64,000 nt of DNA, from positions 6,140 to 70,139 of the forward strand of contig JAQGDQ010001015.1 in assembly GCA_030141605.1 (NCBI GenBank). Reading direction: 5' to 3'. The notes under the pieces are model-generated. The model was not told where the DNA came from. It saw nothing but the letters and a program-made list of their open reading frames with translations, and ran no database searches. This document shows positions 38,670 through 51,990 of this stretch, piece after piece. Source of the DNA: Tubiluchus corallicola (lineage: Eukaryota; Animalia; Priapulida). Within the stretch, counting starts at the first letter, position 1; the number at the start of each line of letters is the position of its first letter. The position numbers were made by a program, and so were the translations under genes.

Positions 38670-39839
38670 TTATTGTCTCTGTACCTCGATGCAATTTCCT
38701 TTCTTCACCCACCAGTCTTGTATGTTGTACGTTTTTGCTGGTTCACTCGGATTATTCAGTTTTTTACACAAATAGCAGAAGCTTCGATTTGCGTCTCTTG
38801 CTATAGAATAATTCTGCTTCCAGGCAAAATATTGTGAATAAGCAGCGTCATTCTTATCCAAATACAAGAGGTATTCGGCAAGTTTTTTAGCTGAGTCAAA
38901 ATCTGCTGTATTGATTACTGAATGTGGTGGGGTTAACTTTGTGTAATCAGCACCACCTCTCACTACGGGAATCACATTGCTGAACATTAACCTGTTATAA
39001 ACTTTCTCTGTAATATAGTCACGACAGTAAGAATTTTCAAATGACAAATAAAATTTATAGTCGCGTTTTAACATCTTATCACAATAACGGCCTTTTTTCG
39101 GACATGTTAGGTTGCCACATTCGCCATATACATCAACAGAGATGTATTTCTGTAACTCTTTGGCATATTCCATTCGCCCAGTATAATCGGCGTCGCAGTT
39201 GCTTACAAACCAAGCCACTAGTTTTGTCTTTCCTCTAGCGTAATTTTTAACAATCTTAACGCGAGGTGAAGCACGTAAGACAACTTTTCCATGGACGCGA
39301 GGAATATCAGAATCAAGACGATAAGTCATCGTCCAGTTAAAAATGTCATTTAAGTGCGACAAATCTGGGATTTTTCCCTTTGTGTTGGGAAACATTTTGA
39401 ATGGCGTTTCGCACAAAAAGAAAACCCATCTTTGTCCAGGTGGTCGGTAAACAGGGAAAGGAGTAAGATTGCTGTCTTCTGTATTTCTCATGTGCACAAT
39501 AACCGCATCACTTTCATTCAAGCGAGACTTGTCATTTGTTGTTTCACAATTTCTATCCCGCACGTCACACATTTCAAAAGGCTTACTTCCTTTTCCAAAA
39601 TCAAAAAAATCATCCCTGTGGAACTTATTCCAAAACAAAACTAATTTCCGGGTAGCTGAAACTGTTAAGTCACTAGTGAAGGAACTTCTGTATTTATAAT
39701 AGCTTTCAACTTTTTCTAATGTGCGGTTAAAACGTCTCACGTGAAGTAAGGGTGGATTTATGGTCCATGAATTATACAAGACAGCCATTGTTAAAGTAAA
39801 AATAGCACTTGTGACTATAGGAATTTTTTTCGTACTCAT
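38670..39839 (-). CDS. Alpha-1,3/4-fucosyltransferase (GT10), 389 aa, type II membrane, single coding exon
   Basis: N-terminal TM; FNWTMTYRLDSDI, KTKLVAWFVSNC, VDVYGECG, the alpha-1,3 motif YKFYLSFENSYCRDYITEK, VIPVVRGGADY and LAEYLLYLDKNDAAYSQYFAW. Intact ORF. Confidence 0.96.
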   Translation of the reverse strand: MSTKKIPIVTSAIFTLTMAVLYNSWTINPPLLHVRRFNRTLEKVESYYKYRSSFTSDLTVSATRKLVLFWNKFHRDDFFDFGKGSKPFEMCDVRDRNCETTNDKSRLNESDAVIVHMRNTEDSNLTPFPVYRPPGQRWVFFLCETPFKMFPNTKGKIPDLSHLNDIFNWTMTYRLDSDIPRVHGKVVLRASPRVKIVKNYARGKTKLVAWFVSNCDADYTGRMEYAKELQKYISVDVYGECGNLTCPKKGRYCDKMLKRDYKFYLSFENSYCRDYITEKVYNRLMFSNVIPVVRGGADYTKLTPPHSVINTADFDSAKKLAEYLLYLDKNDAAYSQYFAWKQNYSIARDANRSFCYLCKKLNNPSEPAKTYNIQDWWVKKGNCIEVQRQ

Positions 39840-40588
39840 AGTTTTATTGTTCTAATAACAGGTGTTGTGAAACGACATAAAAGATCCTTCAATGTGTTTA
39901 GTAAAAACGTACATGCCTATAAATTAGGTCTTTTAGTCTAGCAGCATCTAGCAACTCCAATAGTATATAAATTGGCCCATTTTGCCTATGAATCTATGTG
40001 CGCGATTTGTGCACGAATACTTCTGTACTCTATCCAAATTCATTACGCGTATGCAGTAACACTTCTAGCTGATTTTGCATGAAACTTATTAAGCACCGTG
40101 CACCATGCAGAACACGACCTATTCTGCCCTGACAGAGCAGAGCTACTAAATTGCAAATTTGGCTATTTTACTTTAGTTTATGGCGCACATTTCTATCAAG
40201 GTCGCAAAGGCATATATGCTTGAATTTAGTCTAAATCAAGATGTCACAAAATAGTTTATCTGAAATATGCCCTTGACGCGGTAAGGCCAAAAAACGCAAG
40301 TTAGAACTAAGCAGTTTAGTCATTGGTTTATGGATGCGTCAACTGTAATGATGAAGAACTGAACTTGAGTATTCTGATTCAAGAGAAGATTTGTAAAAAG
40401 TAAATTTGTAACGATTCTTTCTGGTATTTTTACAATAAATTTCAGAACATGGGAAATAGAATTAATCTCACTGGTGACTAGGAAGTCTCAGTAAGAACAT
40501 ATAGGCTTTATTATGCCAAATACGACATTTTCCCATGGGAGAAAATGTGGGAAAAAAGAGTTTGTCTTGTATAGTGTCTGTAACATGA

Positions 40589-40590
<2 letters not shown>

Positions 40591-40632
<42 letters not shown>

Positions 40633-43600
40633 TTCTTTATTTGTCATAAAAACGGTTCCCTCATTATAATAAAATTGAGTTAGCCTCAGCGTAATGTTAA
40701 AATAACAACACTGTTCAAGACAAATGCGTCCGGTGCATACTAAAAAAAACTAAAGTGCAAACTACATACAATATAATGAACATCTTTACAAATACCATAT
40801 TAAAATATTTTCACAAACAATTATAGGAAAGTACATTAAATTTTACATTACATAGTGCACACTATTTATACATTTAACATTACGAAACACGAAACTAACA
40901 TAACACGTTTTACATTACATATTTTTTTTTAAAAAAATTTCATTTTTAATCATTATATGGAGTCAGGGGCGAGGGTATATGAAAGTTGAGTCTGTGTAAT
41001 TAGTATCAGATGCACAATGTGGAAGTTGAAACCTGTTATATTGATATTCTTTTAATTTCTTTTTAAAGTGGTGGAGAGATTCTATTTGTTTTATTTCACT
41101 GGGTAGTAAGTTCCATAAATGTATGGCCTGTTTTGATATAGAGCTATTTCCAAATTTATTGTTTACTGTAATTTGCTTTAAATTGTATGTTCTAGTGTTC
41201 AATGTGGTATCAGGAATAAATGCTAAGGGATTGTTTATAAATGGAATGCTCAGTTTATTTATATATTTATAAAGAAATATCAGTGTTTTGTAATCTCGAT
41301 AGGCTTCTAATATTGGTATTTTTGTGGACGTTCTTAAGCTTGTTGCAGAAGCAGCATGTTGTTTAGCAGTTTTGTTAGAGTAGCCATGAATTAATCTAAG
41401 TGCGTAGTTTTGCATTGTATTTAGTTTTCTAAAGTTTTCATATTTAACGTTTTGAAGTAAAGTGCAACCATATAGATAATGTGGTAATATTAGACTTTTG
41501 TAGATGAGAATTTTTGTTTTCTTGGTTAGATGGCCTCTGGTTTGGCGTAAGAATGTCGTGCTTAATGCCATCTTGTTGTGTATTTGATGAAACTGTTCAA
41601 CCAAGTGAGTTTATTATGGACATTAATGCCTAAAAATTTTACAGTTTTTGCTTGTTCTATGGAACAGTCACCTACTTTTAGTGTTGCATTAGAAGTAATG
41701 TCATTTGATTTGGGTGATATTACCATAAATTCTGTCTTATCATCATTCATTTTTAAACCAAAATAGTTAAATGCTGCATTTATATTTGTTATGTCTTTTT
41801 CTAGATTATTTTTTGATGTTAGAAAGTCTGCGTGTGCTGTATAGAGTGTTGTATCATCGGCATATTGTGTTAAGTCTGAATTATGTAAAACTAAATGAAT
41901 TTTATTAACGTATAAACAAAAGAGTAATGGACCTAATATCGTACCTTGTGGGATGCCTCTCTGTGGTGTGTCCCATGTTGAAAAAGTGTGTTTGTTCAGC
42001 TTGACTCTTTGTTTTCTATTGTGTAGGTAATTATTAATTAGTTTGAGAGAAGTATAATCGAATCCTAGTTGGCGTAAGTTGTCTAGTAGTAAATTGTGAT
42101 CGAGGCTGTCAAAAGCTTTACTTAGATCTAGAAATGCTGCTGTTATATATTTATTTTTATTTAAGTTGTAACGCCACTTTTCAGTGGTATCAATTATCGC
42201 GTCTATTGTAGAATGTAGTTTTCTAAAACCAAATTGATGATTTGACAGTAACTTATTATTTTCAATGTAATGGTTTATTTGGTTGTAGATAACTCTTTCA
42301 AATACTTTGGCTAGTACGTGCACTACTGAGATTGGTCTGTAGTTTTTAGCATCATCTTTAGCATCTTTCTTGTGTATTGGAGTTATGTTTGCTTGTTTAC
42401 ACACTGTGGAAATTCTGAGCGCATTAAGACTTGGTTTGTGATATATGTTAGATGAGGAGTAATGATGCTGGCACAGTCTTTTAAGATCTTTATTGGCATG
42501 TCTGAGGGTCCACTTCCTTTATTTATATTTAAACTGTTTAATATTCTAAAGATGTTCTATTCAGTGACGCTAGTAAATGAGAAAGTGGATTGTATTACTG
42601 ATTGGTTTTTGTATATATTGTGTATATTTGCATTATGTTGGCGTGGCAAGTTGTCAAATTTTCCGAGATTGATAAATGTGGAGTTTAATTTGTTAGCAAT
42701 GTCAACTGGATCAGATATCATACTGTCATTTTCTCGTAAACTATTTATTTGTAATTGATCGTTTCTGTATCTGTTAAGTACGTCATTAATTAAACGCCAT
42801 TTTTGTTTAGGTGTAGTTGCATCATTGCATTTATTAATATAATATTTATTTTTGAGTTTCCTGTTGTAGCTATTAAATTTATTTCGTGCCTTTTTGTAAT
42901 TATTGTAATTGATTTTACCTTTTAAATGTAAATATGTTCTATATAATTCATTTTTATTGTGTCTTAGCCTTGCGAGTTCTGTATCCGCCCAAGGGCAAGC
43001 AGATTTTGCATTAAATTGCTGCTGATGTATTTTAACTTTTTATATGGTGCATAGATATCCAGGCAGTATTCCATATTATTTATTAGTGTGTTTATTTGTA
43101 TGTCAATGTCAGTCATTGTGTAAATATTACTCCAGTTCAATTTGGTTAAAGTATCTTGAAATATATCTTTATTATATGTAGAATAATCTCTGACTGTTTT
43201 CCAGACTGTGCCTGTATTGTTTTTGGTTGGTTTTGTTTTGTCTACTATTATTATAAAATCATGATCAGAATAATCACACGAGAAGTTTTCTTGTACTTGG
43301 AAATTGTCTTTAGCGTTTGAGATAAAGTGGTCTATGGTAGTAGATGATGTTTTAGTGATTCTTGTGGGTTTATTACTTGCGTTTAGTATTTGCGTGTTAT
43401 ATTGGTCCAAGACTTCTTTACACTTTTTACACTGAGCAGTATTTGTTGCATTAATATCGATATTAAAATCCCCCATTAATAAAACTGGTTGATTTTCAAG
43501 TACAGCACGTTCAAGTTCAATTTCAAAATGTTTTAGAAAAGTCTTATATTTTTGATTTGGTGGCTTATAAATGACACCTACAATGTAGTTTTCGATATTG

Positions 43601-44960
43601 TACCAAATTGATTCTATTTTGTTAGTTTTAATTCCTTTGGCTTCGTTAAATGACATGTGTTTTGGGATGTACATTGCAACCCCTCCTCCACGTTTATGTG
43701 TGGGACGGTCTCAACGTATGAGTGTATGATGAGGCAGTTGTATGGAGGCACTAGGTATTTGTTTGTGTAGCCAAGTTTCGGTTATTCCAACGACTAAATT
43801 TTCAGAAGAACGAACTGTGTCTTTAAGCAATGCATGTTTTTTTGTCAGACTTTGTATATTGATACATAGAAATTTCAAATTCTTTTTATGTTTTTGCATA
43901 AAATCTGCCAGCTCTAGATCCATGTGGTTTTGTGTGGGGGTTTGATTTAAGGGACCTGGATTAGTTTCAGTACAACCAATTATAAGCAACATTTTCAATA
44001 CTGTTAGAAAATAATCATGGTTACAATTATTTTTAGTTAGGTAGGGGAGTACACGTAATAAAGTAGGAGAGTACTGAAACTTGTAGTATAAATCTCTAGT
44101 ATCTGAACGTGTGCACTTTCTCACAGATGAATACTGTAAAATAGAAGCAGAATAGCAAAAATTTACGCACGAGTTATGTTCGATCCGATTTTGAGATATT
44201 ATTACGCAGCAAGACGTGCATACACGTTTCAGTGTACCAGAGATTGGCACTGGACACATCTGTCTTGAGTTTATACATTCTTTACACAATATTCGTTTAT
44301 TTTGAGTAAAACTTAAAATTTCTCGTTTAAAATTCATGATTAAAATATAGGTATAATATATCACGCTTATTACAGTTATTTACAGTTTAGTTCATTCGTG
44401 TCTTTAATAAACTGTTTAATAGTTTTTCAATTTTATACAAACTTAGAAATGAATTCTTTCACTAATCCGGTAAACAGATTTTCAATTTCTGATTTTAATG
44501 CCTCTTTTTGAATAGGCTTAGTATCAGCTGAAGGTTTATCAGAGTCATTTGAATAATTTACAGGAGTTGGTAATAATGGTAATCTTTTAACTGCATTTGC
44601 GTAACTAGCTGGTTTATAATTATACTGACTTTGTGTAAAGCCACGAGTAACTGTATCTTTGTTTTGATTAGTCTTAACCCTATACCATCGATTTGGGTCA
44701 TTAAACAAACATAGTTTAATGCATTCTCGCAGCTTTTGTACACCTAATCTACTCAGGTGTAATCCGTCTCTCGCAATTAAATTATCATTTTCAAAATGAC
44801 ATTGCAAATTGCACAAAATGGTATTAGTTTTAGTTGTCAGAGTTTCAAGTTCACTGTTAAATAAGCGTAACACTCTATTCACCGAACTTATATTCATGGG
44901 TTTAGCAGTTGGATGTTTGTGATATTATTGGATTTTTGGATATTATCACTTAATAATTTT
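40591..44960 (-). mobile_element. Near full-length, 5'-truncated, inactivated LINE (CR1/L2/Crack-group-like)
   Basis: SGNH-like ORF1 remnant (DGLHLSRLG, 44433-44897). ORF2 pieces: APE (GITETWL, IYKPP, MGDFNID, SDH) and RT (NYRPIS, FLDLSKAFDS, GIPQGTILGP, QYADD). One in-frame stop at 43711 plus frameshifts. Minus-strand AATAAA followed by a (TA)n tail at 40591-40629. Confidence 0.93.
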
Positions 44961-45329
44961 TCTTTTACAAATGAACGCTGCTTTAGGCTTTTTGACTTTG
45001 CTACATCAGTATTCGAGCAGAAACAATCATAACAAAGTTACTTTGGAATCGGACGCTCTTACGAGATCAATTCTGGGTGGATCCTAATACGAGTCCAATG
45101 CTGTTCACACAAGATAGAATGGCAATTGAAAAAAGAACGTGGAATTGTTAGAGGCTGACTTGAATTTATTTTAATAATAGCGGAAGCTACAAATTACCAT
45201 GTTGATGAGGTTTTAGTTTAGAAACTGATCATGTAAAAGTTAAATAACTCCTTCACAACCGCAAAATTTATCTAAACAAGTTTTTCCATAAACAATGACA
45301 AATATTTGTGTAGTCTTGACATCTCGCAT

Positions 45330-47169
45330 TGCTTCGATTTTGCTGACATCATGAACAGTCATGCATAGTAGCTGTTTAGCATGTGCTAAATTCCATTGAT
45401 GAATGCGCTGTGCTAACTCATGAATATAAACCATTAATTGACGTGAGCAATCTTTACCAACGAATTGTTTATAATCGTAAGGTAAGGGATTCGCTAACAT
45501 GTTTTCATTACGCACTAAATATATTCCTGCTGCAAAAGGTTGATGGATAGTTTTCAAAAGCGAATCATCAGGATCATCATTAGGCAAAAGGATAGCTTCA
45601 AAATCGAATAGGCAATGTAACTGGGAGACATTGTTTTGCGAATATTGGTAAAGCCTAATTTGGTGGAGGTAATTTTCCTTGCGTCCATCAACTTGATAGC
45701 ATTCGCATCTATGATGTTCAAAAGAAACGCCATGCGAATAAAATGGTCGTAAACATCTTTCGCAATAATTACGCGTTTGACCAGATTTATTTAGCAGACG
45801 GTCAAGAATGATGATGGTTAGATAATGACATTGATTATAATTGGCTTGACTCGACTTAAGAGGATTATAAAGTAAAATATTAATAAATTTCCTACCTTCT
45901 ACAAATCTGCACGGAGTATTGCATGTACATTTAAAACGCATGTTTTTAGCATCTCTGCTAGAATACTTAAAAATGTTTAAACAATACTCCGGATTAAATT
46001 TCTGAAAAGCTTTGGCGGCGGAAATCAGTTTGGCGGGAAATTCAATATGGTGTTAATTCAAATTGTGAGCAAAATGATCATAATTGTGAGCAAAGCGTCT
46101 GGTCCAATCCGTTAATAAATGGTGATATAAAGAGCCTAAAATAGCATATTTGAAACAGAGTGCATCATGTTCAGAGGAGATATTGAGCAGTGCCTTTTTG
46201 TTTGCTAACTTGCTGGGTAATTTACAAAAGCCATTATGCCCTTTGACACGAGAGAGACGTTTATACCTCGCCAGTTGAATTTCGATAAATGAAAAACCAC
46301 AATCACATAACCAGAGCTATTTCGGGAATAAGATTCGATATTTTCCACAATGGTGTCTCTGGCAATGCTATACCATTCGTTATCCAAAAATCGAGAAATC
46401 TACTATTGAAATATGAATCTCTTTTCTCTCAACTAAATCATCTCCAAGCAGATGGTCAATTGTGGCACATACAATTATTTATATGTGCATACCAAACCCA
46501 GTTTCTAAATGCGCTTGCCCTAACATTTCAATGGCAACAGAAATATCATCCAAAATCCATTCTATATCTATACCTGAGATTTTACATCTCCATACATGCA
46601 ATGTGCCATTGTGAGCATCATCCACTAGTCGGAATTCGTGGCCGCTTTCACAATGGATGAATGATGTCGGTGTATTGGGTGGACGCATTTGCCGAATTGG
46701 ATTAGATCCATTTTCTTCCATACTAGTGGATGGCTGCATGACTGTTGTTGTTGTTGTTGTTGCTGTTGATGTTGTCGTTGATGTTGATGGTGCAGGTGAC
46801 ACTGATGACGACCAAGATGTTAATGATGATGATGATGGTGGTAGTCGTGGTGGTGGTGGTGGTGGCGGTAGTACCGGTGCTGTAGCCAGAAATGATGTTG
46901 TTGTTCCTGATGTTGATGCCGACGGTGGTAGTGTAGAGTGTTCTCTATAAAAAAAGGAAATTTATTTTATACAGTGCCCAAAAGAACGTGTCATTGTCAA
47001 CATTAATGGCAAAAAACACACTGTGTAAAGTATTCTTTATTACATACCTGGCATAGTCGTCGATTTTCTTAAAAGATAGGGTCCACACGGCCACTGTAGA
47101 AGGTTGAGTGGATGCTACTGTTGTTGTTGTTGTTGCTGTTGTTGTCGTTGTCGTTGTTGTTGTTGCCAT
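45330..47169 (-). mobile_element. Polinton/Maverick (adintovirus-like) protein-primed DNA polymerase B, N-terminal part, frameshifted and truncated
   Basis: IESYSRNSSGY; KKALLNISSEHDALCFKYAILGSL; IEFP...FQKFNP..LNIF; INILL...HY..I..LDRLL...CERCL..F; DFEAILL (ExoI); HQP; GKDC. In-frame GT-AG intron at 46945-47047. The polymerase core, TIRs, integrase and capsid genes are absent. Confidence 0.8.
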
Positions 47170-47220
47170 TTTGTTAATCTAAGAGAAAGAATGGACTCGT
47201 TTAGCAATTGGAAAAATTGA

Positions 47221-48230
47221 GTATTAACCAAGCAGTGCACAGTCTTTATTCTTCTTCTTTTTTCCAATCTATGATACATTTATACTGTAGAGAATAAGTC
47301 GCATTATTAACCGAGCAGTGTACAGTCTTTATTAACAAAGTCTAAATTTCTTTTCCAATCTGTGATACATTTATACTGTAGAGAATAATTTGCATCGTAT
47401 CAGTGTACAGACTTTATAAAGGAAAAAATAAATCCTTTAATAAATAACAATCGCTGTACAGATTTTGATTACACAGACTTTATAAAGAATAAAAAATTTC
47501 TACTAACCACCTTTCAATTCTCTGGCAAGCTCTATAAAATCCTAGATACCGTTTTTTTTTGATTTCTTTGAAAAACTAAGAAAGAGATAATACACGCATT
47601 AGGCAAACAAGAGTACAGGCTTCCATTTTTTTAAAAATTATACTCACCCGCTATTGTAATTTCACACTGTACAGCTTCTAATGGCTTCACGGGTACACTT
47701 ATAAGACATTCATTAAAACAGAAACTTACAGCTATTTATATGTGTGCTTTCTCACAAATGCTTAACCGATCCTTCCTAGCCGTTTCTTCTTCTATCTCGG
47801 ATCCTATATATGCGATCTCGGATGTAATCTCGATAATTGGAGGAGAATTCTTTCTCACAATTGACTATCCGAGATCGCCTATCTCTCCTCGGTAACTCCT
47901 AAAATTGTCAAAGAACTTGGCATTAATGCAGCGAACAATAATAAAGCTTATACTTACGGCTATATAAGGAGAGGTCCCTCTACAATCGAGAATAATAGAA
48001 GTCTGACTTCTTGACTATCTCCCAAAATTGACAAAGAAATTGACATTCTAAAAATCAGTCGAGATTTCTTCATCAATCTAATACAGTGAATAATATTAGA
48101 GCTCACACTTACGGCTATATAAGGAGAGGTCCCTCTCGCAAATACTCGATAGACAATCGTGAAGTCTTGACTTCTTGACTATCTCCTAAAATTGACAAAG
48201 AAATTGACATTCTAAAAAATCAGTCAAGAT
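47221..48230. repeat. Direct repeats in the divergent intergenic region of the Polinton-like insert
   Basis: ~100-bp duplication at 47221-47400. ~170-bp duplication at 47895-48230, each copy containing CTATATAAGGAGAGGTCCCTCT. Confidence 0.8.
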
Positions 48231-48860
48231 ATTATAAAAATATTATAATTCACACCCTTATGTTGTATTAAAGCATTAAAAATTTTTATACTCAGTATTA
48301 GAGGCAGAGATGTATTTTCTCGCAAATCAGATACTACAGATTCTGCAAGACTAACCTGAGAAAGTAATTAACGAAGGTTTGGCTAATACTAGCTGAAAGC
48401 GATGAACAGGTGCCAAAATGATAAGGCTTAATCTTTAGTTGTATAGGCGACTTTCTAATTTGAATTACAACAGAAAAGACTTCTTTCATTTACAATTCCC
48501 TGGGAAAATTTTCTCTTCGCAAGATGATAATGATGATTAGAGATCATTATGAGATTTTCTAGTAGTTGGACCGATCTCGAATTAAGATCACGATTTAGCG
48601 AAGCTTATTTTAATTTCCGCATGATCATCGAAACTAATATATTTTTTTTAAAAAAAACTGGTTAATGTTGAGACGCACTAACGAAATTAGACGTCATTTA
48701 GCCAAAAAACCCTTCTAACTGTAATTTAAGAGGGGACATTTGCTAATTTTTTTTCAAATAAAAGAGTGGGTTCCACGAATGTTCAGACAACATAGCCGCT
48801 GCAGCAGAAGCAGCAACAACAAGAGCAGCGTCAGTCAGTCAAACAGTCATAGAGATCATC

Positions 48861-50112
48861 ATGTCTTCAAATAGTGCTACTGTTTTAGTTATCACTACTG
48901 TAGCGAATAATCAAGGTGTCAACGAAAATGGTTTTAACGAAAACGAGGAAGTATATAGAAGTGAAAATTTCAAAGTGGCCATGCGTCGATGTTCTTTGTT
49001 TGACGATCATCAGGTGAGTTTAACTAAATACATCTTTCTTTCTTTCTGTTTTGTGTTATATAATGTTCTTCAATGAATATAAAAGCGTTTACTGATCAAT
49101 GCCTCCCCATTTACTTGCAGATTTACCTGGCGAGGGGTGGCTCCATTACGCAGAGTCGCGACGACGATGTATTGACATTAGTCAGCAGCATACTCGTGGG
49201 CATGGAATTTATACTCACTCTTCTGGAATGTATGAGCTCTATGGATTTGGAAAAAAGTATAATGGCCTCTTTTCTTGCCGGTTTGGATGCGCACACGATT
49301 GATGAAAGATTTCCGGGGCCATACCATTGGCAGTTATCGAATACGTTCACGGTTCACGTGAATTGCGACTGTCTAGGCACAAATGCTCGTATTTTATTGC
49401 AAAAATATAATTTTTCAAACGACATTGGAAATATTCGATTCGAACGTAGATCACAAAATTCGATTTGCCTTTAGAAAAATGCAAGAGGATTTTTTACCTC
49501 AACACGGGCTGGCAACAATAAACAAAATAGAGTGTCCATTGGCCTCGTTAGCCACGCTAGCAGCGGCGGTGGCAGAACCGGCACCTTTCAAATCACCGTT
49601 CACGATTCATCCTTGCAAAGGGAATTATGTTTCAGTAGGAGGTCTTTTGCACAGCAAAATTTCATTTGGCAAATGACAGGTGATCGGGCACTCAACTTTA
49701 GCATAGTTACCACAAGTAAGGCTCACGCCGTACGAGTATGAACAATTATTTTTGAAAAAAAAACCGTTTTGAAAAAAACGAAAAAAAAGCATTTCGTTCT
49801 ATATTGCTAAACGAGAAGAACATAGAACATAGAATTTTGCCTAGGGCAGGACAGATGCGCATGATCGGTAGCGCCATCTTATCCAACACGCTACGTCACC
49901 GCACCCTTGACGAGCTCGAAGCAAGTGGCAGGTGTACATTTTTCGACATTAGTCTATCGATGAAGGTAGCCATCTGGAATGGCATTGTATTCATATACGA
50001 ATTTAATGCTCCCAGTGGATTTGCATGTGATGGTTTCCACACATACCTCGAACCATTGCAATTTAGACTACTCATGGGCGAGCACGTCAGAAACTTAATA
50101 AAATCTCAATGA
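48861..50112 (+). pseudogene. Spliced Polinton-like gene of unknown function, divergent from polB, with at least one frameshift
   Basis: Exon 48861-49013 (CAG|GTGAGT) and intron 49014-49120 (ttacttgcag) join in frame to ORF 49073-49474. The reading continues in other frames (49383-49676, 49804-50112). Confidence 0.55.
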
Positions 50113-51269
50113 ACCCGTAAACGCAGTAGAGAAGAGAGTGCTGCATTGAGATTTGATCAAGAACAATTAGCAGCTGGATCCCATCAGACGGCGTGCTCCT
50201 GTAGACGCCGTATCGAGTTTCGTGACGATGACAACAATGACGGTGGCGCCAGCTGTAGCGGTGGTGCTGCTGCTGCTGCCACTGGCGATGTTAATCACGA
50301 CGAGGGTTTCGGCGATGATTATGGTGACAACGATCTTGACTAATTTGATGTCGACGTGCTAATGGAAGAGGATAATGGAGAGTGCAATCATGATGATGAT
50401 GATGATGATGACGGTTTTGCTATCGATGACGATGTCAAAGATCGCCGCAACGCTACGACTAAAACGACGCTACTGCCCCTGGCGCTACCACCACTGCCAC
50501 CGAGACTGCAACACCACAATGTCGACATTCAGGTCATGCCTGCTAGCAAGATGTCACCAGCAACAACGGCAACAAGGATCATGGGTCCCCCATCCAACGT
50601 CGCCACCGTCAACCCGAGGAAAGCACCTCGCCAGGATAAAGATAAATGAATATTCTTTTTATAAAAAGTAAAAGCACTTCTGTCAATTTAATCTATTAGT
50701 AAAGCGTCTCTGTTAGTTTAAACAAACGTAATTTGAAAAAAAAACAAATGTAGATGCATCTTTTCTTATTTTAAACCGATAGAAAGAAATATATGGATAA
50801 ATGTAGATTTGATGTAATTCATTTCAAAAAAAGCATCACTGTACATGTGCCTTTTCTTTTTTGTAATCTAGTCCAGATAAAAGAAAAAAATTAAAAAATT
50901 GTAAGTTAAAAATGAAAAATATGGATAAATGAACGTTCATTCTATTTAATTCCAAAAAAGTAACGCCGTAAATGAATCTCTTTTGACGATCAAACAAAAA
51001 TGTACATCTTTCAATAATAGAAATATACAAAATATACCTGTCTAAATATTACATGGATTAGCACATGACTCACATTATATTTTTTTCATCACCAGTAATG
51101 CCCGAACATTGTACATAGTGTTTCTCTACTTTAAAGGAAAGGATTTTGATTTTTCATATCTTACACCATTTTGAATTACTTTTAAAAATACATTTTAACA
51201 CGTGCAATAGCACCAAACCGATTCCGCGAAAAGTTAAGTGCAGTGGAAAACTTAAATAAGACGTTAAAA

Positions 51270-51990
51270 ACTTAATAAATGGTAGGCGAGCCCAGCGCTA
51301 GTGAAGACATCACAAACTAACATTATTTTCAACTGCACAAATATTCCACATGTTTGGGAAAACAATGAACATTGAAGTTCAACGCTATTGTATAACATTA
51401 TTTGCGATACACAAAAACAATGCAAATCTTAAGTTTAGAAATCAGACTCAAGTTTACTGCTGTGTTCACCCGGTCACTATTTTACCCGGTCAACATGGTT
51501 TGACTTTGAGTAGATAATTCGCTATATTCCTGCTGTCTAACACATAAAAACTTCAAGGTAAGTCATCGTCTGCAAATCCATAAGCCACTCTAATCCCAGA
51601 GAAAGTTCAGCAAGTATTTTAAGTGAAGGAATTACATTTACGGTGCTCTGTATCAGCCATTATGGGAGCTTTAAAGGAAGACAGGATGGTTTTTCATAAT
51701 TATTCACCCCGTTTTCAAGTCCGATACATTTTAACACAGAAAATACATTTAATACTGAAAAACGGTTTGTAATAATGAATAGATTAAAAATTTAATTAAT
51801 AGCGGGCGAGCCTAGCTATTGATGACATCACAAACTAACATAATTCTCAACAGCAAAAATATTCCATGAGCGTGTTGCTCGTGTTTGCGAAAACGAAAAC
51901 ATTGCTACTGTAAGATATTCAGTGTGTTGTACTAAAACTAGGCAAGTTTTAAGATAAAAATTCAAATTTCAAATTTACCGCTGTGTTCGC
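51270..51990. repeat. Direct duplication of a ~200-bp non-coding segment (~51270-51470 and ~51790-51990)
   Basis: Both copies share ggcgagcc.agc...tga.gacatcacaaactaacat...caac.gca.aaatattcca...tttac.gctgtgttc. Confidence 0.7.
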
